Assembly: GCF_964204645.1 (NCBI RefSeq)
Contig: NC_134026.1
Location: 4,177,950 to 4,241,949, forward strand
Direction of reading: 5' to 3'
DNA: 64,000 nt
Source of the DNA: Tubulanus polymorphus
Taxonomy: Eukaryota; Animalia; Nemertea
In this document: positions 1 to 18,740 of the stretch, piece after piece
Numbering within the stretch: the first letter of the stretch is position 1
Layout: every line of letters begins with the position of its first letter
Notes under the pieces: model-generated
What the model saw: the letters and a program-made list of their open reading frames with translations, nothing else
The model's database searches: none
What the model was told of the DNA's origin: nothing
Made by a program: the position numbers and the translations under genes

Positions 1-235
1 GATTTGTATTATGATCGCCTCACATGGGCTTCAGACCCCAACTGGGCGTTCCCTTTTTATGATCCGTCTATCACGGGACTGACTCTATCATCTTTCTACT
101 TCTATAATTACTGTATATCATCCTAACGGACTCCATCATCTTTATACTCCTTCTTCTACAATACACCGCACTCTTATCATCATACCTTTATTCCTTCTAC
201 AATATTGGTCTAGCCTCAATCAACTTGTCTCAACC
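1..235 (+). mobile_element. Possible degenerate 3' end of a LINE (CR1/L2-like ORF2 C-terminus) inside intron 2 of the left MFS copy
   Basis: Similarity to the right MFS copy's intron stops at about 283. A frameshifted translation near 168-218 gives SYHHTFIPSTI..WSSL, resembling the 'Y..SFFP.TI..WN.L' motif that ends many LINE ORF2 proteins. Weak match. Confidence 0.3.
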
Positions 236-365
236 AGAGTCAAAAAGTCCCACAGGACCAAAAGCAGACTGACCAGTGTAAATAAGTTACAATAGATAAG
301 ATAGCTTATGTATTATTAGAATTGAATCAACTAATGTATATATATTTTTTTCAAACTTTGCATAC

Positions 366-823
366 CTACTGCCGTTGCTTCGGCAAAGAGCGTGGCTAAG
401 AATACACACACATTAGTGAGTATGAAATTGGTACTAAATCCGACGATCATCCAGAAAATTCCCGGGAACAACATTGAGAACAGCAATAAATACTTTGCTT
501 TCACCATAGTTGATCCGACTAATATTGCAATATTTGCCAAAAAGCAGCCAAGTCCTTGCGAGATATACAAATATGTAGAATCGTGGATACTTTTCTTGTT
601 TTGTGCCTGGATGTCATACATAATTACTCCCAAATTGAGCAACACAGATGACTGAAAATGTACAATATTATACAAAAATGTGATGGTACATCATTCAAAC
701 TAAAAAGTAAAGATATTATAATTGGCTTCGAAATGAACTTACGTATGAGACATGAAACAATAAAAGAAGGATGACTTCCATGTACCTTCTCAGAGTACCA
801 CGATCAGGAATATTAATAGACAT
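366..823 (-). CDS. MFS transporter paralog, exons 1-2 only (exon 3 lies outside the window or is disrupted)
   Basis: Exon 1 823-743 (MSINIPDRGTLRRYMEVILLLLFHVSY, GTAAGT donor) and exon 2 651-366 (286 nt). Both have the same lengths and near-identical sequence to the exons at 4778-4698 and 4606-4321. Confidence 0.75.
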
Positions 824-2404
824 ACCGTCAGTGTGGATAATATTCAATTTATGAGAATATATATTCAATTTGTGTCGATAAGTTGACCACGTGCGAGATC
901 CTGCGTATAGTGAAGTAACCTCGGTCACATTCCTAACGAAATTTGACCGAGGTTTTTACCGGCCAATCGTCTGACGTTTGTACATATCACACGCCTTAAA
1001 ACGATTTTCATGAACGATTGGACGAACATGAACGATTTTCTAAAATCAATCATTGTTCCGTAACGTTGCAATGTCGGTATTTTTCTCAATTTCATACACT
1101 AACTTTATTCAGTTTAAGATTAACATCAACGACTGTGCTAATGCTTGTAAATTTTAGTCTCTATAATATTTTTGCTGACAATCTAGTAACCCTCATCTCG
1201 TTCTCCAGAAAATAGTAATACGTATATTACGTACTGTAACGCACTCTGGCTGGCAAGAACGCACGTCGCCAATTTTAAAAGTCTTAAAATCCTGCGATTG
1301 TGTGAGGCATTTATACTCATCAATTTGAACTGTCACACTCTGTCAAATCAATCATTTGTTAACTGACCACTTCAAGACATCATCATTTTCGGTGTTCTAG
1401 GCCTCATTGGCGCGCGCAGATCAATGATCTTTTCATTGAATTTTTCAAATCTGATATATACATGTATATAGGTGCCAAATACTGGAACAATCTACCATTT
1501 AAATTAGAAAATGAGCCCTAAATATAATTTGAAACAGTCTCAGACGCTGGGTCTTTTTTCGATTACATATTGGTAGCAAGACCATACCTAGCATTCGATT
1601 TTTTTCGGGAGAGGGTGGGGGGCAGAGAAACCCGAAAAGGACAGTTCTATAGGATATACGTAGCAATAATATTCGCAATAAGGGTACTTTTCAAAAATTT
1701 CCGGGGCCCTACCGCACTAAATACGGCCCTGAGTAGCCTTAACCGTTGAGTGAGCTGACTACACTTTTTACCTCAGCTAATACTACTATAGATTTTAGAG
1801 TGTCTCTATAGTCTCGTGTGCGGTGTGCGATGAGTGCAAGAATGCTTTTTCATAATATTCCTCGAAATACTGTTATACTGACAAATTCAAAATTCAAATT
1901 CATTTATTCATCACAAATCAAGGCGCATGATTGTTAATGAAAAGAAAAGAAAAACAGAAAGGGTTAACAATATAAAGAATGAAGAGAAGAGAGAAAACAA
2001 TATAATACATAGTATCTAATATGTAATATATACATATATATCAGTTTGCTACGATGGAGTGGGACATATGATGTTTCACTTCGTGTAGTTTTATGCGAGC
2101 CTTTTGACCACTCAGATTATAGAATTATCAGTTTTCTGCTTACGGCTGTCAGTTCCCGAGATGAGTTTGCTCTAGTACCCCCCCCCCCGTCTTACTTACT
2201 TGTGTAACAAAGGATTTGAACGTCTGTAGCCTGATGATTCTGTACTTAAGGAATAATGACATAATGTCAAATTTTTTTGCAGAAAATCGGCAATTGGCCG
2301 CAGCAATCATAAATTGCTTCCAAAGTTTTGAGGGGTTGCGTTCCCTGTGATCTGGCCAGATTAACGCTGCCGATGAAGCTTACGCTCTCTATTTCGTCTT
2401 AAGC

Positions 2405-2624
2405 CGGGTGTAGGTCGGCCTTGCGACGGCTTGCGACTCACTGGGACGCGACTCACTGCAATCGCCAGCAACGATCGCGTCGCAACGACCGACCGACCTA
2501 CGCTCCCTTGCGCGACTGCCAGCGACGCCAGTCGCAGTCAGTCCGACCTACGCGCTCTTGCGACTGGGAGCAACTAGGCGCACCCAGTCGCAGACAATCG
2601 GGTCGCAAGGCCGACCTACGCCCG
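2405..2624. mobile_element. GC-rich MITE, possibly PIF/Harbinger-like
   Basis: 23-bp TIRs CGGGTGTAGGTCGGCCTTGCGAC (2405-2427) and GTCGCAAGGCCGACCTACGCCCG (2602-2624) with 1 mismatch. Internal repeats of CCGACCTACGC and TGCGAC/GTCGCA. Confidence 0.8.
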
Positions 2625-3256
2625 TATATCTTCGATTAGGGGGGGGGGGTTCAGTCCTGTAGGGCTTGCGTGTGATCAAATCTTGACCGGTTGCCGTTTT
2701 CATAGAATGCCTAACGTTCTTTGGTTTGTATTTTGGGACGTTTGTGTTGGGGGGGGGGGGGGGGTGGTTTGATGCCGTCGCCTTGGAGGTCCCGGTTTTA
2801 CTCATATTTTGTACTAGTCCGCATAACAGGAAGTGAGAATATACTTGAATATTAAGTAATTTTCCCATTACAAAAAAAAAATCCAGATCGAGAGTCTTGA
2901 AAGCAGAAATTTTTATTAATTCTATAGAATAGTCCAGTATCATACACGTACAAAGCGAAACTCATGAAATAAATGAACGATTTTCTTTTCCAGGATTAAT
3001 ACATCAGTTTTTAGGTAATAACGCGTGCGCGATGGCAACATGAGCAGCGCAAACCGTGGTGAAAATCATCAAATCATCGATACATATTTGGCAAAAGGTG
3101 CCGGAAAAATCACCCGCACAATTTGGCGCAGCACAGTTTACATACACATTTTCGCCACGTGTCCGGGGCCTTGAATCTAGCATGCCACTTTACATTAGAA
3201 CTACAGTATTTGATCAAACAACTGTTTATTGTTAATTTTTCTTTCGTTCGTTGTTT

Positions 3257-4778
3257 TCATATTTTGCAAAGTAATCGGACACACTCAGTAAGAACGACTA
3301 TTAAGCAGCCTCCAGCAAATAGTGACGTAAGTATGGCGCTATAACTGAAAACGGCTGTGTGGTTAATGATGATTGACGCAATTGGAGAGAACGCCACTCC
3401 GGTGCTAGCTCCAAATATGACTATTGTGAATTGTATCGGACTTGGTGAAAATCGTTCTTTCACCCAACCAAACGACATTGGGAACGCAGATCCGATGGCG
3501 ACACCCATAGTTACAAACGATACCCAAAGGGTTTCCCTGTCTCCAACAGTAAAGGTTAGCAACAGTACTCCACTTAGCCCTATTAGTAGATGTATACAGA
3601 GAAGTTTCGTGGTTCCTGTAAACTGTAGAAATATTGTCATTACGATCCTATCGATCATTACTATGGCTTGATAAACGCTGAGCAGATGGGCAGCTCCAAC
3701 GGTTGAAGTGCCTTCGTAACATTCCACCGCGAACTGGGTAGTTAGATTACCAATTACAGAGATTATTCCACCAACACAAGCTAATACAAGAAATCCCAAA
3801 AACGTTCCTTTTTTATCCGATGTCGTGCTCTGTGTCGAACATTTGTCCAACTCTTCGTATGGTAATCGATGCTGATTTCCGATTTGACAAACGTAAAAGA
3901 AAATCGCAACTACGATGAAAACAGCAGAATTGATGCATATCGGGATATATATTTGGATATCCGGTGTGACTGGTTTCATTTCGAGAGTACTGTTAGACCA
4001 GTTACCATCAAGTTTGTGTCGTTCGTAACATCCGATCCTCTGAGCGTTAGCTTGCTGGCTGTGTTTAACTGCGCTTTCCGATAAAAATGGCGTATAGAGT
4101 AGAGGCGAAATGATATTGCCAATGGGAATCCCGGTCAGAACTGTATTGAAGATGGTCGCACTTTTAACACCCCAAATCTCCGAACAATACACCAAAGAAA
4201 CTATAAAGGAAAAAATGAAATTCAACGTAAGTTATGACAGATAGATTATTACGTATATACGATTAGAATAAAATCAACTAATATATTCATTTCAACTAGG
4301 CATATGTGCGCTGTACATACCAACTGACGTTGCTTCTGCAAAGAGCGTGGCTAAGAAAACACACGTATTAGTCAATATGAAATTGCTACTAAATCCGACG
4401 ATCATCCAGAAAATTCCCGGGAACAACATTGAGATTAGCAATAAATACTTCGCTTTTAGCATGGTCGATCCGACTAATATTGAAATATTTGCCAAAAAGC
4501 AGCCAAGTCCTTGCGAGATATACAAATATGTAGAATCGTTGATACTTTTCTTGTTTTGTGCCTGGATGTCATACATAATTACTCCCAAATTGAGCAACAC
4601 AGATGACTGAAAATGTACAATATTATACAAAAATGTGACGGTACATCATTCAAACTAAAAAGTAAAGATAATATAATTGGCTTCGAAATGAACTTACGTA
4701 TGAGACATGAAACAATAAAAGAAGGATGACTTCCATGTACCTTCTCAGAGTACCACGATCAGGAATATTAATAGACAT
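3257..4778 (-). CDS. Major facilitator superfamily transporter (MFSD4/NaGLT1-like), 3 exons, about 436 aa
   Basis: Exons 4778-4698, 4606-4321 and 4200-3257 splice in frame with GT-AG introns (phase 0, then 1). About 12 hydrophobic segments with a large loop; motifs such as GCFLANISI and FVTMGVAIGSAFP. Subfamily call is tentative. Confidence 0.8.
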
Positions 4779-7219
4779 ACCGTCAGTGTAGAGAATGGTC
4801 AATGTGAATATTTTTGTCGATAAGTTGATACGCGATGATTCAGTGGCCGCATGTGACCCTTAGCTATTAAAATGTTTTATGAATATGTGTGATTTCAGTA
4901 CAGCATTATTCCGACAGATCTCGATCGGTTCTGCACACCAATGAATGGTAGATTTAATGGATGAATGAATTCTAAAGTGCGTACGTTATAGTAGTATAGG
5001 CCCCGTTGAAACGAGCCCATGGGCGCCCGGGCTGGTCCTGACAAAATCAAGAGCATTCGATTGCGCTGCATGCACTGAAATCGGTGTGTCCGAGTACGGT
5101 AATGCCCGGACTGATCGGCGCCCACATTTTAATAGTTCTTAACCTGGCGCCATGGCAGTGGCATATCCTTTCTTGGTTTTTCCACTTTGAGAATTATACT
5201 AATTTAACTGATTGATAGACAAAAAGTCTTTATGTTTGTATATCGTAAGTTAGATATTTGACCTAAAATAATAAAATTTCATTTGCATAAAGAAGTAAAC
5301 AAACTGGAACAAAATGGCGGTCTTTCTCGCCGATTTAAACCTCAATTTTCGAGAATATTCATCAATCCTTCCACTCGGTACAAAATGGATATAAAAACGA
5401 TGATTTATCTGGACTGCACAACTCTACTGATTCGATTAAGACCTATTTGAGGTGTGCACACTCAAAATTAAGCGAAATATCCCAAAAAGATCGTGGACAA
5501 TCAAAAATAAATAGACTTTAACCACGTTAATTAAAGATGGATTTTGTTGCAGTGGACATTTCGAGCGAAGCATCGCCAGGACGCTATTGATTTCCAAGCA
5601 GTTTTAACCATCAAAATCGTTATCAAATGCATGCATAAGTATTGTACTGATGTCGTTGTTAATAAGTGAATTAAATTTCAAAACGGGGTCGTCAAACTAA
5701 AATCAAATAGGTTCATAGTTCAACTTGGTACTCCTGGAAAAACTTTTGCCTGCCTCAGACAAAAAAGGATTCTTTCAACTTAGAAAAATCCAAAAGTGAA
5801 AGTAAACTGGGCTGGGAGCGCTAGTTGTAGAGCAATTGAACTCAGTAGGTACGGACACTGGGGGATAACAAAAACAGTATCAAGAGAGAGTATGTGCAAG
5901 TTCAACAAATATTCAATTTTGTTTTGTGATTGAACATATCATGAGATCGAGAAAAGTGCGCACGCCTAAACGCGATCAAAAATTTCTTCTCATTTTTCCG
6001 TAAGCTTATACTGTCAGCATCATCTTATTGATGAATAAAGGTTTTTTGGGTGTGCGCAAAAAATGATTATCAGAAAGATAAGAGATAAAATTTTTTTTCT
6101 TTTTTTGGTAAGAAAATAGCCATGAATATAGTGGCTAGGGAGGCCGGGCAGCCTTGATTGAAACTGCCCTATTTCGCCCTAGGAAAAAATGCGTGTCTAT
6201 CGGCAAGTGAGTTATCGTCTTCTACTGCCATCTTCAGGCCTGTAACCGTACTAACAATGAGAAGAACCAGGAAGTAAACCATATGTGTTCTGACTAATAA
6301 ACCAAAAATAACGTTATTTTTCTGAGAGAGTATATCCGTGATTTGATTGTGTTTTTCATTCAGAAATTGAGGCCTTTCACCAGGTTCTAGAAAGCTGATA
6401 TTGTGACTGTTATCTGACTGCTCTTTATTTTGGTGACAAGAAAAACTGGATTGTCATTGTGTGAGTGATTTTAAACTATAAACGTCAAAAAATCCCGTCA
6501 GTCGTTCAATTCAAATCAATAATGTGTGATTCTCGTTATTTCCTGATTGGATGATCGAAGTGAAGCAAGAAAATAATTTGTGTAGTCTAGTACCTAGTCG
6601 TCGTTCACGTAACATTGACTGGTATTCAGACTATAATTTGTGTTTAACTATTTTGTCTTTCTTGCTTGCCAGGGTGTGATTGCCTCCCTCTCACAACGAT
6701 AATCCTGGCGCACACTTCTTGCATTGACATCGGTCTATTACCCGGTCAAAGATTTCTAAGTTGGAGAGGTTGTCACTCAGTAGCCACACCAGTCTTTATA
6801 TTTATATAACCAATGAGCACGCCTGGCTTGGACTAAACTGGGACCAGCGAAATTGGTCCGAGACCTAAAGGCAAGGGTTATCTGGCTTAAGCTTAGGAAA
6901 ATATGATAGGGAGTCTGGAAAATGATAAGCTTTACTGGCCGTGTTTGTGGCCACATTAGCGTTGGCATGAGTTTTGGCGGGAGGCAAACCCTGGCAAGCG
7001 ATGATGACTTAGGCCTAAATAGGACCGCGATGACGTGAAATGGGTTATATTTGTTTATTACCTATTGAGATGAACTGAAATGTAGCATTTCTCACCCATT
7101 TTGATTATAGGATTGACACGACTATAGCGTGAAAAAATGCGAGCATTTGCTCTCTTCGATTAGTAACTGATGGGAGATCATATTCCACGTCTCTGCGAAA
7201 CATTCGACGTTGACTAAGG

Positions 7220-11665
<4,446 letters not shown>

Positions 11666-14554
11666 GATGGAAAGCGCCTCTTCCACGATGCAATAAAAAA
11701 ACATACTACATCTACCATCATTGCCAGCACATATATAAACAAGAGTTGCTGACATTCAAAAAGCCTAAGTCGGAGCATCGTGCTCTAAACTGACGCAGTA
11801 TAATAGATGAAATCTTTTCAAAGAGATGTCACGTGTATTCAAGTTTCCTATGTGCATGTATATGATATGTTATCGATTACCTAATATCTACTGTGCCACG
11901 TATATGTTATAGATATAAATGTATATTAATGTATATAATGAAGGTGCTATAGACTGCTTCAATATCCAATGCCTGCCTCTGAGCACGATACAATAATAGT
12001 CTCCCTATTCATCTTAAATTCATGTGTACTTGGCATTTTCAAGTGGCCAAAAACTGATAATCTATCACGGTGTCAACTTGTGTGCATCTTTTTTCTTTGA
12101 TTTTCGATGTCTTTCTATTTCGGTCAATGATCCGGATCGGTTTATTCAAGAGTTTGATGTAACCCACATATTATTTACGGTCCATCTATGGATACATTTT
12201 TGTAAACTTCGGCCAAACTGATCCGAATTAAGCGTTCTGTTCTTCTAATATTTTGCCATTTTTTACATCATGTGAAACCACTGACAATCATAAAACTAGT
12301 TTTAGAAAAAGGTGTTTTCATCGAGACCGTTTTTGCTATGATATCCGTTCATGATTACCACTGTCTGTACGAGATCGATATGTATTTTCGTCCAATTCAT
12401 AAAATGATCACATTCCTGATGATGATAAATATAAATCAAATGTACTGTATTTTGTAACTGTTCATTGGAGTTTGATAACTGCCAAAAAATGTCTTTGGTT
12501 AGAACCTCATCTGTTTAACTGGGTCATCAGTAATGATAATCAAGAAGTTGAGATAGTTAATAAAGAGAGAAAATTCATATAATGTAATAAGATGCTGTTG
12601 ATGTAGGGTGTAAAATAAGCACAAGAAGGCGATGCTGAACGTTTTTTGAACAGCACAATACTATGTTTTTATAGATGTTTTGATTTATCTCACACTAACT
12701 CAATGAAACGATGCCTTCGGATTTTACTTTTGAGCCAATTTATTTATTTTTTGTTATCGCTGATGATTTACACAATATTCTAGTTATACATGGATGCCTT
12801 TTGTAACTGCAATTGATAATGATAGATGTAACCTATGATTGAACTGTGATATGCAATAAAGAGTATTTCTTAACCATATACGATATACTTAACTGTGTAA
12901 AGATAATTGTCTGCTTCGTAAATGGAAATTTTGATATTATTAGTGTCTTTATATATTAGTATGTTTAGTCCAGTCAATAAATGAATGACTAGCAATGGAT
13001 ATACTTTATAGGCAGTATTTTGTGTAGAATACACTGTGCTTCGTTTATACATTCAATGTGCTACGTGGTTTGATTTTCGTCATCAGTTTTAGGTAAATTT
13101 TAAGAATGAATTGTGAATTTTACAATTAACAATCCCTATTTGTACGTTTTCGACGATGTCGCTTATTTTTCGCAGAATCACGTTAGCAGTTCAATGAGCG
13201 AATATAAATCATCATTTTTCTTAAGTTTGGAAGAACAGGGTATTGGGGTTAAAGGGCTGTGCGGGGAGTTTTCGAGAAGGTATCGAATATTTGAACAATT
13301 GGATAATTCACAATTGTTAATTCGATTGATTACGCAAGATTTAGTGTTCTATATTGTGATCCATTTGTTGTTGGCTTTCAATTGATTGGTACTGTACCAA
13401 GTGTATTCATCATATAGGAAAGGAAAAATATTTTCTGCCTCTGCATGTTTTATTATGGATGTATCGTATGTTTGGCTAATGCAATTGGCTGTGTTTTTGA
13501 TGTATGTATGCTCTAGTATAGTCGAGATTTGACTACTGTCACAGAAGACAATAAAGATCTTTTCAACGATTTAAATATATTGATGAAGTTTGTTGTGAAG
13601 CATGTGTAATTCTGTGGACATAAGAGATAACAATTCTCATCAAGGGAAATAAATACATCAATAGCCCTGTTTTCAGGTCCCTTCTACTCCTTGATTCCTT
13701 AAAAACTCCTTCCAAATAGAACATGCTTTTGAAGGTGCTTGAAACTAATTTGTGCAAAATGCGTCCTTGAAATATGAAATTTTCTCCTCTGTAACTCTTA
13801 ACATCCATGACTGATCTGTAGGGACCCTGGTTTTGTTAGGGATACTTGCGTCGGCTAACCTGTTCAGTCCGTTATCTAAAACTATCAAGCACACAGGAGC
13901 ACTCTTACGGAGTACGCTATTTTAAGGTCTCTGAGCAATGGGTGACATATTGAATTGAAGCCATAAAGCCAGTTCATTTCGCTCAGGTTCATGACTTGAG
14001 TTAACGGAGTAAACAATCAAACAGGACAGACTCCCAACCGAACATGTCTAGCACAAGGGTACCTCAGCCCCCATAATAGCAACCTACTTCGACTAAATAG
14101 GCCCCTACAAATCCGACCCTTTACAAGTAATGCATCACCTCATTCCTCTTCCATAGACTAGTAACACAAGAGCGAGGTCAACAACTAATTGTGCAAATTA
14201 AGAATTATATTTTTGTGTAATATGAATACATATTTCATAAACTTAGAGGGCCTCTATTTCGCCCTATCTGGTCATAGTACCAGTAAAAAGTCAATATGAT
14301 AACAAAGATTTAAATCGTCAACATACACAGTCGTGTAAATACGTATTCTATACTAGATTTCACATCATAGTGGGACATGATTGCTTAGAATAATAATACA
14401 AACATAGGTAAATCATACCGTACAAGGAAAAGAGCACCATGTATATCAATTATCAATCAAAAATACCAGCATAGAAAGTTTCATCATCACAACTTAATTG
14501 CCATGTTTCATAGTAAATCATAGTATTGCGTTTCTACCGATGACTTCCTTCCGT

Positions 14555-17550
14555 TCAGAGACCCTTATTATAATACAGAATACTTTCCTTTGTTTTCTGT
14601 TGTATTTCATCCTCGAGATCAGAAGTTTTTACCTGCAACCGACAAAAATATCAACAAGCATATCAACAATATTGACGTTGTTTCCGAATCATCGTTGTAC
14701 ACAGATGACAGACAAACTTACCTGAGAAATCTGTGGAAATAAGGCAATAGCCAATGGCAAGGCGAATGCAAATGATAGCGTTGTAACTGTTGCGTTGATC
14801 GGCAAGTGCATCTTCGGAAAACGTCTCAAAAACTTAGTTCTGCAATGAATGAAATTTGCAAATACATTGTATTGTACATAAAAGCCCGTACAAATGGCAC
14901 GGAAAAACATTTTGGTGCATTTTTTCTTGTGCTTTATCGTTTGCGGGTAAAACCTTTTACTCAAAACGTTTTCCGTTTTAATGAAACAACGGTTTTGCCG
15001 TGTGCGTTGCACAGAATTTTTTTCCTGTTTAGATTCTTTAAATTAGTCTTTACCTTTCAAACAATGCCATTGCTGTAGGTGGTATCAGCAGAATTGGAGC
15101 AGGCAAAAAGGCACGTGTAAAAGCCATCTCCTTTAGAGCCTGGAAATAGAGAAACAGAGCACGGTCACTATTAGCATAGATAGACCGAATATTAAACAAA
15201 CTCAGATAAACTGCAAACCTTTTTCGCAGCCAGCACTGACGTTCCTACAGCATTTTCGTTTGCATCATAAACTTCAATACCTTCAGACAGTTCATTATTC
15301 CTCATCAGAATGACATTACATGTACTCGCGGCAGCTATGAAAATATTTAAAAACACAAGTTCAGTGATAATATCAATATGATATTGTATTTATGGTGGCT
15401 AAGCATTCTACGTGTGTATCTTACTTACCTACTGCTGGAAAAGGCACAAACTTTTGAATGAGCATTTTCGTCGCGGGTGTAAATCTATTGGCTCTCTTGA
15501 TGAGCACGCTGAGACCAAGCTGAAGATTTTAAACAACAGAATTGATGACCCGATTGCACAGACGTGAGTGAAGAAATTACTCACTGAAAATGAACTAATA
15601 CAGTAGATCTCCGCTGAGTTGGATCCTATCAACCTAGATGTCTGTTGAAGTATTTTGGTGTCAATATTTATGAAATATGAAATATCGGATTCGGTTATCA
15701 CCCAAGTTTGACGTATTTAATTCGGCTCTAAAAGGTTTGACTTGAACGGAGTCTAGTGTATAACTCTTGAGTCAATCTATTCCAAGGACTGTGGAACTGC
15801 CTTGTGTTTAGCGGCTAACATTTTTCATTTAGATATGTTTATTGTCATTATAGACTTTAAGTGACAGCTTCTGATCCAAAATCAATTTCTCAAATGACTT
15901 ACAGCAATTGAGACAGCAGTAGTGACTGCGCCGATGTATCCTACCAAAAATCGTTTCATAGGTGTCGGTTTGGTCGCATTTCGGTTAGCAAAATTCACAC
16001 AGGCATTGTGACTTTGGTTCAACCACTGCCAGAAGACGGTAGCTCTCAGCGTAGGATTCGGCAATAACAAACCGACAACCTGAAAGTGTAAAACAACAAC
16101 ATCTAAAACTCCATTCCCGTATATTTTACGTTAACACTCTTGACATTTGCTTACTCACTATAGGGGAGCCAAAAGGCACATAACCTGCAAAGACAGGATT
16201 AATCAAAGAAAATGAAAATGAAATAAAACATACAACCTGAACACTGATACAAACAATATCAAATGAAACTATGGGTCCAAGGATACCATGCACACTAGGT
16301 GACATGCTTGACAATTTCGACATTCAACAAATGGTGAACAAATACAGTAATCATTGATTATATATATAGTTTATTTTCAAGAGAAGATTATGAAATACAC
16401 CACAATCATAGAACTTGTCGTGGACTACAATTATGCAATCGATTGCGGTGAAAAAATAGGTCAAGGCACCACTTCGTATGGAAATATCACAATATTCCAC
16501 TATTTAATGTCGTTTGGTGAACCATGCATCTACACATGACACTAACACTGCCACCAATTAATAATTATTATTTTACATAATTATTATGTAAAATTGACTG
16601 ATCGAAAAACCTGCCTGTTTTAAGATCCCTTCCCAACAGACAGACGGACAAACAGTGAATGCAATAGCTAACTGAGATTTAAGTCCAAGAGGATTAAAAC
16701 AAGTGGGTTAAAAAATAAGTACAGGGCCCGGTTTCACGAAAAAGTTTAAGCCTAAAACAGTTATGTTTTAATTGTTGTCCTCATTGAAAACATGAAGTAA
16801 CCAATGGCAATTACACCAAAAATTTGAGTTTAACTTGTTTGTGAAACTGGGCCCAGGTGACAGAAGATAATCTACGCATCTATTCAAACATGACATCTAA
16901 CAGAAACGATACTCAATCTGTTTTTACTCACCGGACATTCTGAACGGTGCAAGAATCTTCTCTCCAGTATCAGGATGGATGATGGCCTTGAAAAATATTA
17001 GTAAAGATAGTCCATTGAACAATACTGATTTACATCCCGGAATATTATGCGTCATTGTCTAGGTCTAACCTGCTTTATCTTTTGAGCTTCCCATAACTGT
17101 TTGTTGGTTATTTCTGCTGGTAATGAACCCAGTTTAAACGCCTCTATTAGATCAATCGATTCCTTGAGCTTAGCCTGAAATGATGTCACCAGAAAATAGG
17201 TAACTAGTGCAAGTAGAATCGGCATCGTTTGAAATGAAAACTGTTACCTTTGATGTAAAAAGTGTTCTAGGATCTGTAATGTCCATGAAGTGTCGCAGAC
17301 GACCACTGAAAGACCGCTAAAAAGAAAAAATATCAAAAATAAATATATTTGCCATCTACAATAATCACTGCTTTTGGTAACAAGTAGAATGATCATTCAT
17401 ATATAAAACAACAGCAACATTTCCATTGGTCTGGCCCTTAAATAACTTTTAGGGCTTTTACTGTACCTGATCAAATCTACTTGTATTGAGTACAAATTCT
17501 GGGTATTCGTCTTTACCAAAAATTTCTGATTTCAATTTGTTGACAGCCAT
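14555..17550 (-). CDS. SFXN5: Sideroflexin-5 (mitochondrial inner-membrane carrier), about 11 exons
   Basis: Exon 1 17550-17467 (..SRFDQ), exon 2 17316-17248 ([20 protein letters not shown]), then [65 protein letters not shown], and terminal YYNKGL* at 14555. The NQSHNA form is typical of SFXN5. Confidence 0.92.
15601..15758. mobile_element. Tc1/pogo (Tigger-like) MITE in an SFXN5 intron
   Basis: TA|CAGTAGATCTCCGCTGAGTT ... ACTTGAACGGAGTCTAGTG|TA: imperfect TIRs with TA flanks. Confidence 0.6.
16725..16853. mobile_element. Harbinger-like MITE with CAG target-site duplication
   Basis: CAG|GGCCCGGTTTCACGAA ... TTTGTGAAACTGGGCC|CAG. Confidence 0.8.
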
Positions 17551-18740
17551 TTTATTGATTCAAACTTTTTCAAATACTCCACCAGTCCAAATGCAAATTA
17601 TGGTACTCAATTTGAATAAAATGAAAAGTAGGTACGATTACGAACTGGAATTTCTGCTTTTTCAATTTCTGGGACCGGCGGGTCGTGGGATTCTGCTGGA
17701 ACTGGAGTCTCATAGGAACAGCAATAATTCAGACGTTATTTCACTAAATTGAAATTAAATTTATTATGGCTCTAAAATTCGAGGATGTGTCCTCCGTGGG
17801 GGATAAGATTAATTAGGGCCAAAAGCTTTAGATTCCAAAAATCCATGAAAAAATAAAAAAATTGGAGAAGAAAATGCTCCACAAATTAATATTTTCAACC
17901 GAATTTATACCGCAGAGGGCAGCAGTATACGGGATAAAAAATCAAATCAAATTTAAAAACTTTATTGAACCGATATGTGTAAACTTACATGCGGCCAGGG
18001 TGAACACAAATGGAAAAAGAAAAATGGTTATAAGCACCCAGTCATAAATATGACTGGTCCAAACAGATGGGGGGGGGGGGGTGTCGTCATAAGATGTACC
18101 GGCTACAGTGTGATGATGCCTTGTGTAATATAGTCGACATAAAAGCGGGATTTCATCGTATAAGTCCTCAGTCTCCACGACACGTGCAGGAAAAATAATT
18201 CTTTTGATAGTTATTCATTAGCTGAGTCAAAAACACGGAGAAAAATAAGTTCTATTCATGTTCATCATTTCAGCCTAGTCGACGTCGCGGCCATTTTCAT
18301 TTTGCGTTAAAAACACACTAAAATAATCTATATTAACATTTATAACTTTTTTCTCGGCGGAGCCATTTTTCTTGTATTGCCGATTTTTTTTCATATGAAT
18401 AGCAACAATTTTTTGTGTTATTTTGCACAGAACATGAATTGTTTCCTAGCTGCTCAACTCGTCTGGCGTCTGCGATTTTTGGCATCGTAGGGTTGACATC
18501 GAAGAGTGTTATTGAGGTTGCGATCACCAGGGAAATGAAAATTTAATGCTTCAAATTTTATAAGGAGTAATTTTCTAAAATAATTTATTGTATTTTTTTT
18601 TTTGTACTGTAATCACTCTTAAGGTATTCAATGAATAAATTTCTCGAGTATGGTAGCTTGATCTGTTCCATCCCCATTATTTCTACGCTGAATTATCATA
18701 TTTAGGCTACATCTGTTCGAATAAGATCGCCTGCTGATTT

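Noticed and set aside
2548-2943. 131-aa minus-strand ORF with poly-Pro
   Set aside because: It arises from poly-G tracts and a MITE; no domain similarity or splice support.
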